The notes: generated by a model from the sequence alone, not told the origin. A stretch of DNA of 63,605 nucleotides, filler included, from Reticulomyxa filosa (GCA_000512085.1; 18 parts of 18 records of this genome joined end to end with filler, not necessarily neighbours in it), one strand, 5' to 3'; shown: positions 12,441 to 25,080, counted from the whole stretch's first letter. Program-made: numbers and translations.

Positions 12441-14680
12441 CTACTCTTCCATGGCTTCTGTTGTCAGCAAATGTTCATGTTCATTTGAATGAAGATGATG
12501 ACTTGGGCTAACTAAGGTAATTCGAATCAACAGCAAAATGACAACGCCAGCACAAACGAGTGCAAGTATCAGCAGTGTGTCATCAGCAGTGATCTTGGAG
12601 GAAATGCTTTCCATGGATGTGGTGGTGAAATCTTGCACCGAGGTTGTGGTTGTGGTTGTGGTTGTGGTACCATTTCCACTGGAAGAATATTTGGTTAAGT
12701 TCAATATCCCGATGCTTTCCATTTGATGGATGGATGGAAATTGAGGAGAGGTTCCATAAGCAAATATAATTGGGATAGTATGGAAATTGCTGCTAAAATC
12801 GTAATAAGGATAATGCGCATCCATGGCCCTTGACAAGGTCATTTGCCTCGTTTGGCTGTCAACAGGCATGTCACTTAAGATTTGCGTCGTTGATGTTAAT
12901 AACGTACCAGGATTATGATATCCCAAAAGTCGCTCCGATACATTGCCAAATCCATCGATGACAATCGCATAGGTGTTGTTCATCTGATTATTTCCAAAAC
13001 CGATTCCATACCTATCAATTTTTTTTTTTTTTTAAATATATTTATTTGTTTACTTGTTTAGTTAATTTTTGCCAACTTTTTCTCTCTCTCTCTATCTATC
13101 TATCTATCTACCTCTTTCTTCTTCCTTGCACTTGTCTACGTACGCACGTGCAACACACTGTGCAAGTGCGCATGCAGTGCATGGAGTATTTGAAATAGCA
13201 ACAGAGTTGTTTTTTTTTTTTTTTGGTTTTTTTTTTTTTTTTTGGTCTGTATAAATTAACCATAAATTGACTGGGCCAGTATAAACGATTTCGACAGTGT
13301 TGCTGTCAGGATAAATAGTCAATTCCACTTGCTGATTCATATTGGCAAACAAGATAAGGGAATCAGTGTAATACGATCCGGAAGGAACACTAGTGGTAGT
13401 TGGTATAGCAGTGGTGGTAGTAGTTGATGTAATAGTGGTGGTAGTAGTTGATGCAGCAGTGGTGGTAGTTGATACGGTAGTGGTGGTAGTTGATACGGTA
13501 GTGGTGGTAGTAGGTGTCGTTGTTGTTGTTGTTGTTGTCGGCGCATTCGTGGACGTGGTAGTAACAATGTCGCCATTGCACGTTTGGAGAAACAAGACCG
13601 CGGTATTTCTATCTTGATGATAGTTTAGAGTTGGTGTTCGTCCATAGGCGAAAATGATTGGAATGGTAGTAAAGTTGCTACTTGCAAAATTGTAATAATG
13701 TGACCCACTCTCGTGTAACGCACGCTGTAATATGACCACACGTGTGCCATTTCCGTCAACTAGTTTCTCGGCCAACAATGTCACCGTTGAATTCAACAAT
13801 ATCCCCGGTTCATGGTTGCCTAACATTCTCTCTGTCACATTTCCATAGCCATCAATTATTATCGCATATGTACCATTCATTACATTGTTGCCAAATCCAA
13901 TACCATACCTTTTTTTTTTTTTAGAAAAAAAAAAAGTTTTATTTTTAAAGTTCACCTTTCTCTCCCCCTTTTTCTACCATTCCCTTCAGAAGTCACTTTT
14001 TGTTGTTGATAATTATCATACCAAACATCCGATGGTCCACTGTACGTCAGTTTCATAATATCTTCGTTCGGATACAGCTGAAGTTCGACCCATTGGTTAA
14101 CGGAAGGAAACAAGGTGGCATTGGCAATGTAACAGTAATTGGACTGGATTGTGGTTGTCGTTGGTGTAATATCAACTGGGATGAGTTGCAACATACTGAT
14201 GTTTCTGTACTCATGATAGGACAGTACTTGGGAACGCCCAAAGGCAAAAATTACCGGAATTTCGCTGTAGTTACTGGTGAAATCGTAATACTTATTGTTT
14301 AGTGCGGATGCGCTCCGGGTCAATAATACTTCTCGTATGCTTTCATTGACGATATTACTTATCACATCCACTGTCTGGTTTAATTCTTCGCCTGGGGCGT
14401 GGTTCCCCAGCTGCCTTTCCGTTACATTTCCCTCTGTTATCACAATGGCATATGTGCCATTCATCACGTCATTGCCAAACCCTATCCCATACCACACATC
14501 CGATGGTCCACTGTACCATATTTTCACTAAGTTTTCGTCTGGAAATATTGTCAACGAAACTACTTGGTTTGAGGGCTGGTACAAACTTTGATTTACCGTA
14601 TAATATACATTTTGACCAAAAATTGGCGTTTGCACAGAAAATAACACCCAAAAACAGAGCCAAGATAGATGAAGCGACAT
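12441..14680 (-). CDS. Type I membrane protein: signal peptide, three DOMON-like domains with Thr-rich linkers, TM helix, His-rich tail; exons 14680-14022, 13908-13261, 13011-12441
   Basis: Three repeats of W-YGIGFG-x3-MN-x-TYA...ER-x-LG-x-H...I-FA-(F/Y)G...H. Hydrophobic N-terminus MSLHLSWLCFWVLF; C-terminal LLILALVCAGVVILLLI. Two phase-2 GT-AG introns restore the frame. Confidence 0.8.
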
Positions 14681-15257
14681 GGAAGAGAAAGGGTGCATAT
14701 AATAAAATACCAAAAACAGCTTGTTTGAAAAACAAACCAAATAGTCCGAACATTAACATCTTTACACATATGTAGTCAAAAAAGAATTCTTTGATTTTCT
14801 GGAAGCTTATTTGTATGAACAATTTATGATAACCAGAATCAAGATGGATGATAACAAGATGCTATTGAGCGCAGAAAAGGTGCGGTTTAACAACAGTGAT
14901 TGTTTAGGTGAAGAGCAACAGCAAAATGGATTACTTAAGATTGAATTTTTTTTATTATAAAAAGTCCAAAAAATTTTTTTGAGAACCGAAACGAAAATAA
15001 AAAAAAGGAATATTTCCTTGTTTGGTTTTATCCCTAATATAACACAAATGACCAAAAAAAAAAAGATACAGCGACCACAAAAATCTAAAAAAGATGGCTG
15101 AGCGAGAAAAATATGTTTTGCTCAACACACGATGACAACAAAAACAACACAACAGCAAAAAAAAATGAAAAAAAATGTTGTGAACATTTATGGAAAGGAT
15201 AAGCACATCCTTTAACTTGTTTACATCAAATCTCTTCGTTCAACAGTAATTTGATAT

Positions 15258-15800
15258 TTAAGGAACGTTTGGATAATTGAAAAGAACGTCTGAACTTAAG
15301 GTTGTGGCTAACTTGAGTTCCCATTGTTGAATGGCAGTTTGCAAGTGCTGAGGGTCTTCTAAAGAGCACAAAAAGACGAAACAATAATTAACCCAGTCAC
15401 GGCCAAAAAGGAGCCATAAATGGCTCAATGCTAAATCGACAGTGGTATAATGATCCAAGTAGCATTCACTTGCAGCAATGAATCGATCTTTTGTGGGTTG
15501 GCTATTCACCCTATTCCCGATTATTGTATATTTAATTTGTTTATTTTGGTGTATGAAGTCGATTTGATTAAGGCAAGATATGCAACACAAACTTTTGGTA
15601 TTGGTATTGTTTCAAAAAAGTCCTTGCAGAGCGAATGTGTTCATACACTTGATCATAACAAGCTTCGTGCCCTCCATTTACATAAACACGCCATTTGAAC
15701 TTGTCAGCATTTGTGAAATCCGCAGCAATAATAATATAGACACAATTTTGTGAAAACACGTGGATTGCAGAAGAAGAATTGGATAAAGTATTGTTATTAT
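15258..15800 (-). CDS. 3' part of a hypothetical protein (two overlapping ORFs, probable frameshift)
   Basis: ORFs 15568-15759 and 15258-15590 follow an Asn-rich low-complexity tract; no recognisable domain. Confidence 0.3.
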
Positions 15801-16022
15801 TATTATTATTGTTATTATTATTATTGTTATTAGTGGTAATAGTAGTAGTAGTACTATCANNNNNNNNNNNNNNNNNNNNNNNNNNNNNNNNNNNNNNNNN
15901 NNNTTAATTAATTAANNNNNNNNNNNNNNNNNNNNNNNNNNNNNNNNNNNNNNNNNNNNTTTTTTTTTTTTTTTTTTTGCGTGCATCATCTTTGTGATAT
16001 AAAAAAAAAAAAAATTTTCAAC

Positions 16023-17185
16023 TTTGAAATTTGCAATATTAAATCTCTCATCAATAACACTTAATTCTTTTTTTATTCGTGTCAGTCCCTTAATCTCTTT
16101 TTTTTCTTCGTCTTGTATCATCCATTTTTTTTCATTTTCTGTTGGCTCTTTGGTCCATTTACTCAGGCTTGTTTTTATATGCGTTGATACTCTTGCTCTT
16201 CCGTCATGACCTCCAATAATGTGTATATACATGTCATTCTCATTCCATATGCCAATACTTCCCCATAATTGAGATGGCATTGCTTGCTCAAATTTCATCC
16301 ACTTGTTTTCTTTTACAAAATATTTGAATATCAAGTTGGAAGTGCCGACATCCGTATCTCCACGTCCGCCGAAAAAGAGGATGGCATCATCGATACACAC
16401 ACAAGCATATCTATTGAACAATCTGATATCTGAGCAAACCCATAATTTATAATATTTCAATTTGTTACTGTCTTCATCATATTTAATTGATAATCCCATT
16501 TCGAAACAAAATAACACTATTTCACTTTTTTTTTATTTTCATTGTCTGGTATTAACGCAAGACAATGATAATAGATCTCATTCTCCCCAATTGGTAAGAT
16601 ATCATGTTTCATATGCTGAAATGTGTCCAAATTGAATACTGTAATATTCCTTGGATAATAAGTGATAAACAGTAAGTGATTATTACTCCCACCGATCACG
16701 CCTCGTACCCCAGTATAATTATCTTCATCTCTTCCAATGCAAATTGGATTGTTGTGATTATCGGTAAAATGAATCCACTCATTATAAGGCTCTTTTTGTT
16801 CGATTTGAGATTTTTCTTCTTTTGTATCGTTCCAAACGCTCACATATTTCATCACAAATGCACGCTTTTTCTCACTTTTGTTTTGTCCACCAAAAGATAA
16901 CAAAGTTAGAGCATTTGAGTTGTTGTCATTCCTAAGCTTCATTACACAGTGTCCTGCAAATATCATATCCTTTGGATAAGAACAAATGCGCTTGTATTGG
17001 TTTTTAATTAAATGGTAGGAGTAACAGTTGTTATTTTCGAAACCTCCACAAATTAGGATTTCATCTTTGTGAACCACAGCTTGGCTAAGGAAAACCGAAG
17101 ACGGCAAAGAAGTCAAAGTTTCAAAGGAACCAGCGTTGGAATTTGATTCTGATTTGATATCAGTTTTCTCCATTTTTTGTGTCAT
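16023..17185 (-). CDS. Kelch-like beta-propeller protein, first exon; frameshift in a 9-nt homopolymer at 16526-16534; downstream exons lost at contig edge
   Basis: Paralogous to 18869-19981 and 48451-49617 (FETLTSLP, EILICGG, CYSYH, GHCV, LLSFGG, IGGSNNHLLFITYYP, ILFFGG, IHIIGG). The two ORFs join as SEIVLFCFEMGLSI. Ends at a phase-0 GT donor at 16022. Confidence 0.8.
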
Positions 17186-17665
17186 GATCAATAATAATTG
17201 ATGTCAAAATCAACCGAATTTTTTATTATTCATAAAAGATTAACAAGTTTGAAGGGACACCAACACGAAGGACAAATTTTTTCTTGGAAAAGAATCAGAT
17301 AAATTTATGAAGAATTTTTCAAGGGAAAATTCAATGATAAGAAAGGGCATCACTATTTATCAATAAAGTTTAAAAGTATAGTACAAATGACCTTGGAAAG
17401 TGAATGAAGAAAGGAATAGCATTTTGTGCAATGCAGAATAAGTCATCTTAATAAAGAAATGAATGTATATTTTCGATTTGATGAAATAACAATAACGTGA
17501 TTTATAACACTTTTTGGTATGTCAGTTCTTTCTGCACAATGGTGTATTTGATTTTACCATTTCTACCCTTTCAAAACACTGACATAAGACAAAGTTAAAA
17601 AAAAAAAAAAAAAAAAAAAAAAGAATTAGACAATTTTTGGTCATTTTTGTTTAAAAGAGCAATTT

Positions 17666-19981
17666 TTATCTGTGAAGTTTCTTTGAGCTCTTTGCAATAC
17701 TTTCCCATAGATGAATTATTCCATCATCAGAAAGTGAAACAATGTTGTGTCCATCTTGGGAGATGTGGACACTTAATACAGCTGAAGAGTGTCCTTCCAA
17801 TCTTTGTATTTCAACACCTAGTTCCGCATCCCATAAGCGAACTGTTTTGTCTTTTGAGCATGATACAATAGTACGACTATCTGATGAGAATTTTAAATCA
17901 GTGATATAGCCTGAATGCCCCTGCAAAACAATGACATCATTTCTGGATTTCAAGTTGTATATTTTGATTACATTGTTTTTTGAAGAGAATGCAATATTGC
18001 AACAGTCCGGAGAAAACCGACCCTCAATATTTTCAGCATATTCTGGGAATTGATGAACAATTTTGTACGAATGTGTGTCCCATATTTGCACACGTTGTTT
18101 AGAGAATGCGACAAACAATTGTCCATTTGGTGAAAATTGAACAAATCTTGTTATCCCTGAATACGTAAGTCTGTTGGTCTCTTCTCCAGATGTCGTATCC
18201 CATAATCGAATTCCATCGTATGAGGCGGACACAATAGTATTACCATCTTGTGAAATCTGACATCCAAGAATATTGAAGTAATGTCCTTGGAACATTCGTA
18301 CGATTACACCTGACCGTACATTCCAAAGTCGAACTATAAAATCTGAACAAGAGACAACCATATTTCCATCGGATGAAAAATGCACATCATTTGGTTTTGC
18401 CGAATGCCCTTGCAAGACTTGCCATTGTTCTCGATGTACCAAATTCCGTACGTGAATTGTATTATCCGGTGAAGCCATCACAACTGCAGTGCCATCTGAT
18501 GAAAATTCAGCCTTGTCCACGGACCTCAAGAATGCAAGAAGAGTTCTTACCGATTTGAAGTATGTCAGCTATGTTTGTTTTTTTTTTTTTTTTTCCCCTT
18601 TTTGGATTGCTTTTCAAATGCAAGCATCATATTACAAAAAAAAAAAAAAAAAGTAACCAAGATATATTGTGAAATGATGACATTGAAGTCATCAATCCAT
18701 CCTTTTTTAATAAACAATATGCGATTCCAATGTTTGATTATCATGTCAATTTCCTTTCGTCTCTTTGTGTGTGTGTGTGTGTGTGTGTTTATTCTTTCCT
18801 CGGTCATTGTAGTATTTATATTAACCAAATAACTTGCCATTGCCATTCAAAAAAAAAAAAAACCCAACTCTTAACACATTAATTTGAAAGTTATTACTAA
18901 TTTTTGTCAATTCAATTCTCGTTTGTTCAATCTTTTCTCTCTCTTTTTCGTCGTTGATCCACTTCCTTTCCTTTTCTGTCTCTTCGTTCATCCATTGGAT
19001 TACACTTGTCTTCCAATGTGTTGTCAGTGGACTTATCCCATCGTGTCCTCCAATGATATGCACATATGTGTTGTCTTCATTTCCATACGATAGTCCGAAA
19101 CAATCGCTCATTGCAACGGGCAAAGTGTGTTCAAATTGCATCCACTTATCTTCAGTTATGGAATATTTGTGCACTGTCTTGGAGGCCCCAATGTCAAAGT
19201 CAATATATCCACCAAAAAACAAAATGACATCACCGATCGACACATAGGCATATCTATCGAGTGCTCGGATTGTCGAGCAAACATATAATCTATCAAATCG
19301 AAATGAACAATCTTCTTCTTCTTCTTCATACACAATTGATAATCCAATATCCTTGCAAAATAACAGCATCTCTGTCTTTGTCTTGGACACAAAACAATGA
19401 TTTGATATCTTACCACTACCAATCGGCAAAGTCGTATTACACACATGTCTACCATTCTCTAAATCAAACACATCGATATTGTTTGGATAATATGTTATAA
19501 ACAACAAATTATTCTCTTTTCCACCAATCAATGCACGTATTCTGCTAAAATCACTTTGCTTGATGCCAATGCTTATTCGATACTTCTTTTTGTCCACAAA
19601 AGGTATCCATTGATTCAAATTCTTTGTTTGCTCGCTCTTCATTCCGTCATTACAATTGTCATCATCCCAAACGCTCACATAATTCATTATCAACGTATGC
19701 TTCTTATTCTTGGTACCACCAAACGATAGCAATGTTACATATTTCGGATTGTCGGATACAAGCTTTATTACGCAGTGACCATTTAGCTTGGCACTTGTCG
19801 GATAAGAACAGATATGCCTATACTGGTTTTTGACGGTATGATAGGAATAACAATCTTTTTTGTGTTTAACTCCACAAATAAGGATTTCATTCTTGTAGAC
19901 TACGCATTGGCTTTGATAAAATGGAGTATACAATGAGGCTAAAGGCTGAAAAAACGATGTGGGAGCAGTATTTGATTTCAT
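17666..19981 (-). CDS. Kelch-propeller + HW/GW linker + WD40-propeller protein, complete; exons 19981-18869, 18762-18658, 18568-17666
   Basis: Kelch GG repeats in exon 1; exon 2 encodes RRKEIDMIIKHWNRILFIKKGWIDDFNVIISQYIL; exon 3 has about 7 WD40 repeats (LQGHS...FSSDG...VSCS.D.TVRLWD). Both introns are GT-AG, phase 0 and in frame. Confidence 0.85.
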
Positions 19982-20362
19982 TTAAGGGATTAATAATTTA
20001 GACTTTTTTGTTAAAAAACACGTGGAAAAAACCTTTCACTGTAGTGTTTACTTTATGCGTAATTATTTGTTAGTATTGACCATTTACTTCTGATTTAGCA
20101 CTAAAAAACAATGCATGTATCGCTTTTTGTATTTTGGTTATGTATGGTAAATTATTAAAATAACATAAGTTTCATCTATCCGGAGCCAGAAAAAAACCTT
20201 TATATACAAAAATTGATTTTGTTATTTTAAGACTTCTGAGTGTTGCCAGCAGCAAAATAGAGCTTTTAATCACAACAGTTACGGGGGGGGGGGTGGAACT
20301 TCCGTTCTTCTTTGTTGAAGTGTAGATTTTTTTTTGGACTGTTCCAACACATGAGATCATAA

Positions 20363-20913
20363 ATGGATAATCGCTTGTGTCGAAATTGTCATAAAGCTGA
20401 AATTGATAGCTTGCATAAGTACCCAGAACAGATTTGCAAACATTGCATAAGGCGTTTGAGCCGTGTTTACTGTTTCTACTGCAAAAAAGACTTTCACAAA
20501 TTAGAGCTCGATTTGTCCAACAAAAATATATGTTGGAAATGTCAAGAATCGCTAGAAAAATTTGGCCCTCCTAAAAGGTTAACAGCAAATTACGTACACT
20601 AGTGAGAATTTTTTTATTGTCCTTTTTTTTTTTTTTTATGTATTTATTTATGTTTTCGTCTTTTATAAGGAATCAACAAAATGAACAGTTGTGGCATATG
20701 TGAACTGCAATCAGCATTTAACGAGCAATTGTGTCGGCACTGCACAAAACACAAGGCTCGCCTTGGAGATCCCATTGAATGTGGGGGCTGTCGAAAGAGA
20801 TGTGCCTGGAAAAAAACAGATGGTTCCATGGACAAATTGGGGGGCAAGAATCTTTGCTTCGTGTGTACTCGTGAGTATAAATTACAAATCCACCGAGAAA
20901 CAGTTAAAAAAAC
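20363..20913 (+). CDS. FAM76-family Cys-rich protein, 5' part; intron 20578-20688
   Basis: CxxC array with the FAM76 pattern: ICWKCQESLEKFGPPKSCGICELQSAF...CRHC...LGDPIECGGCRKRCAW...GGKNLCFVCTREYK. 3' truncated by spacer. Confidence 0.8.
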
Positions 20914-21063
20914 GTATACTTTTTTTTTTTCGCCCTTTNNNNNNNNNNNNNNNNNNNNNNNNNNNNNNNNNNNNNNNNNNNNTTAATTAATTAANNNNNN
21001 NNNNNNNNNNNNNNNNNNNNNNNNNNNNNNNNNNNNNNAAAAAAAAAAAAAAAAAAAAAAGGT

Positions 21064-24000
21064 GTGAAAAAATCATTGATTACACGTACATTTTCCGGCG
21101 CGAATTTGATGAGTAAGCTCCCGACGTTGAAAACAGGAAGCAAAAGCCCGATGACGGTTGGGAACACTCCATTGAGTGAAAGCGACACGGGTGTAAGAAA
21201 GCCATTGACGGCGATGATGGACTCACCATTGCAAAGCCGTCTGAACACGATAACGACGTTTGGATTGCCTCGACGTCGGAACACAGAAAAAGAAAGCAGC
21301 AGCGGCGGCGGTGATGGTGGTGGTGGTGGTGGCGGTGGCGGTAGCAGCGGCAAAAGCGTGTTGAAAACGGCACAAATGATGAACTTGAAAAGCCCATCGA
21401 AAGCCAGTATTAAACGCATGAATCGGCGTTCGACCCCTCGCAATCGTCCTCGACAACAACAATCACACGCACAAGCACAATCACAAGTGCAAGTGCAAGT
21501 GCAAAAAGTACAATCCATGCAGCAAGTGCAACAATTACGATCACCCAAAAAACAACAACGCCGACGTCAAAAACCACAACCAAGTCCCAGACAAAAGCAA
21601 CAGCAACAACAACAACAACAGCAACAACAACAGCAACAACAACAACAACAACAACACAACACAACAACAACAGCAACTACAACAGCAACAACAACAAAAA
21701 GCTCAAAAGAGACCACGAACACGGTCATCCTCTCCTCCTTTGCGCAGGACAAACAAGTTGATCTCCGCTCAGGAGTGGACGCAGCCATCGGATGACCATA
21801 AACCCATTGTGAGACACAATACGACCATCACTCTTGGTTCCATTGTCACGTTGGAGGCGACTCGCAATGGCGTTGATACTTTTGAACGAAGACAGAGGCG
21901 ATACCAACGACAAGGTACTGATGTCGATTATATTTATTATGACGATGATGATGATGGTGATGATGATGATGACGATGATGATGAGGATGATGATGATGAT
22001 GATGATGATGACGATGATGATGATGACGATGATGATAATTCCGATGAGGATGAGAATGAAAAGGGTGATGATGAATACGACGAAGAGGAGTATCCTGAAC
22101 CAAAGACTACTCTCAAATTGACATTGAGTCGACGAAACTCGGAGAGCACACACACCACGAGTTCAATGGCAGAGCGCCATGGCCACAAGCTCGAGCGTAG
22201 ATTCTCTTCTGCAGAGCGTCCGTCCGACTATTCCGATGACAGTTTGATGACGATGACAATCCTGCAAGAAAACTCCTTGAACAGCAAGACTATGCCAATG
22301 ACAATCACAAGAATGACAATAATAATGATAATAATAATAATGATGATGATGATGATGAAGAGAGTTTAGATGATGAGGACGACGAAGATGACGAGGAAGA
22401 CATGAAAGCACATCGACATAAGCCAATGCATAGTGACAGTGCGCTTTTGACGAAAGATCAGCCAGACAAACAAAAACCAAGCCAAAGACGAATTGACGAT
22501 GACAGCAACAATGGCCGTAGCAATTTCAAAAAAACCCATAAAAAAAATACATCCTTTTTGACCATCGACGTTAGAACAGACGATCGGACGCGTCAAAATA
22601 ATAACAATAAAAATAATAATAACAATAATAATAACAATAACAAGAATACCACATCCAAAAAAAAATATAAGAACGCATCCTCCATTAAAAAAAGTACCTT
22701 TGAATGTAGTAGACGACAATCAAATGGCGACAGTTGCAAATGTGTCAAAAAAGAATTATCGAACGATATTGAAGAACAAGCCCATCTCCACTCCACAAAG
22801 CAGCAGTCACGATATAACCCCAAGTCCAACCACCCCAACTCCAACTCCCAATTCAAATTCAAATTCAAATCCAAATCCAAATCCAACACCAGCACCGACT
22901 CCAAATCCGACGCCAACTGCTGTTGCAGACAGCGTCACTCCAGTCACACCCACTACCAAACGCACAAGCGAGGGTCAAAACAGCAGCAAAACAAGCAGAG
23001 ACAGAGACACCACTGCCAACACGACGGTGAAAAAAAAAAGGGGACAAACTCTTGAACATATTACTTCGCCAAAACTGCCGCAACAGCCACTCCAAAAAAA
23101 GCCCGTTGCGAATGGAAACAACACCGCGCGGCCTTTTGCCCAATCTTCGCCGCCACGACGAGGCCACGACGAGAAGAGTCACAGCCCCGACAAAGGCGAC
23201 CGTTTGATCCAACGAAAACAGTCGCTTGCGGCAGAACAACGTTTGAAAACGGAACGCTTGAGTATTTCACATACGGACCTTGCCAACGGCGCTTCAGACA
23301 GTGATTTTGTTGATGGTATTATAATACTTCTTATGTGCATCTCTATATATTTATATACACATACGTATACATATACATATATGTATGTGTATATAATATC
23401 GCCGTTCTTGTAAACATGTCGTGATCAAATGTAATGAAATGGGGATGGATAAACAAATAAAAGAAACCCCAAAATCACCAGGGACGACACTCTCGCGGAC
23501 AAAGAATGCAAAGATTCGTGTTCCCACATCGTCAGTGAGGCCTCGCAGTGGTAATGTGACGCAGGCCAATATGAACCGCAAAGCAAAAAGTTCGGAGTGG
23601 AAAGTGGATGCGTCGCCAAGGAATGCTGACGCCGACAAACATAAAGGTGCGAATAATATGCGCAACCGCAGCAATATTGCCAATGCAAAAAAAACCCAAA
23701 GCTAATTCGAAATGAGGACAAGAAAGAGAAAGACAAAGACAAAGACAAAGAGAAAGAAAAGAAGAAAAAGAAGAATACCAACAACAACAACAACAACGAT
23801 GACGACAACAACAACAACAACAACAATAACAACGGTAACAATGAAAATATCAACTCGAAACAAACGCAAGACACAACGGTAAGCAAGCAGAGCAAAGCGA
23901 AGAGCGTAAACAGAACCAGTGCAGAGTACCTTCGCGTGGAGCCACTTTCGCCACACCTTGATAACAACACCGAGGCAAGAGGTCGTAGTCACTCGGCTTC

Positions 24001-25080
24001 CACACCGACCGAAAGCGAAAAGCTCCAAAAAAAGAAATTGCAAAGTACAAATGAAGAGTTTTTTGTTACTACAGGTTTGTTTATTGTTTTTTTTTTTAAT
24101 AACGTATAAAAAAAAAATTTAAAAAAAAAATGAAAAAACAAGGTCGTGTGCAATATTATCATTTGCAGTTCACTCGTGAACGTGCAGTGAGTGCAGTGGA
24201 AGATATCTTGTCGTCTGTGAAAGAAAGGAAAAAATCGAATCCTCCTCCACCTTTGAATGAGTACTTAAGCCGGAAAGATGAAAACGCAAAACAAAAGAAT
24301 CGTCCCTTACCCAGGAAACCAATGAAATATATTGTTGAGTTGACAAGACGACCATTTGGGTTTGACATTGTTTCTTATCCTCATCGTAACCAAAGTCAAA
24401 TGAATAATTATATGAAACATGCTTCGTCCATGTCCTGGCCTTCCCCTTTTTTGAGGGCAGAGTTGGGATTGGATCAAGCTATAATCTCTTCTTCTTCTCC
24501 ACATCCACGACAGCATCACTATCACGCGATGACAATGAGTGATTCCATAGATACAGGCATGGAAATTGATATGAAATTGGACACACCTCGGAATGATCTT
24601 CACGACTCTGCCGACAAATATCACACTGAAATTAATCGTAGTATCACTTGTCACATGAATATCCTATCCTTGAGAAAACGTCCATCAACGCTTATATTAG
24701 CAACATCGAACCAAATGTGTCGTTTGAAATTTATGAAGGGTCCATGATGATTTCTATTAACGGTAAAGATGTCGTTGGAATGTTATTTAAAGATATTCAC
24801 GAAATGCTCGGTACTGAAATGTTACCAATTCGATTGGAATTGGCAAAAGTTTGGTTGTTTTTTTTTTGGTGAAGGGACACAGAAAAAATATTTAAAAATA
24901 ACAATTATACAAAGCCACCAAAACCGCGAGCAATGACATCCTTGCACACTCCGAGTGGTTTGCATGGTGAGTCCCCACGACTTTCCAATCCGCAAACAAC
25001 TAGATCAAAGGAAGAAGAAGAAACAGAATCAAAATCTCAGAAAAAATCATTTTGGTCGAACGTGTTCAGTAGACGCTAGT
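21064..25080 (+). CDS. Large low-complexity protein (poly-Q, poly-D, poly-N, Pro/Thr) with a C-terminal PDZ-like domain; several apparent frameshifts inside repeats
   Basis: Successive ORFs join if single-base slips in the CAA/GAT/AAT repeats are corrected (e.g. QQQQKAQKRPRTRSSSPPLRRTNK). PDZ elements: IVELTRRPFGFDIV and AYISNI...EGSMMISINGKDVVGMLFKDIHEML...LPIRLEL. Intron 24075-24142. Confidence 0.6.

Noticed and set aside
16517-16534. Possible programmed frameshifts (also ~21655, ~22243, ~22620, ~40315)
   Set aside because: Most fall in or next to homopolymers or triplet repeats, and many contigs also end at homopolymers, so sequencing error is the simpler explanation. Paralogues are in frame at the Kelch site.
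19982-20362. Bidirectional promoter between the Kelch-WD40 and FAM76 genes (contains CACGTG)
   Set aside because: The divergent layout is real, but a single hexamer without recurrence does not support a regulatory call.
20991-24050. Many long overlapping antisense and alternative-frame ORFs (poly-C, poly-M, poly-H, poly-V, poly-S)
   Set aside because: Shadows of CAA/GAT/AAT triplet repeats, which lack stop codons in other frames.
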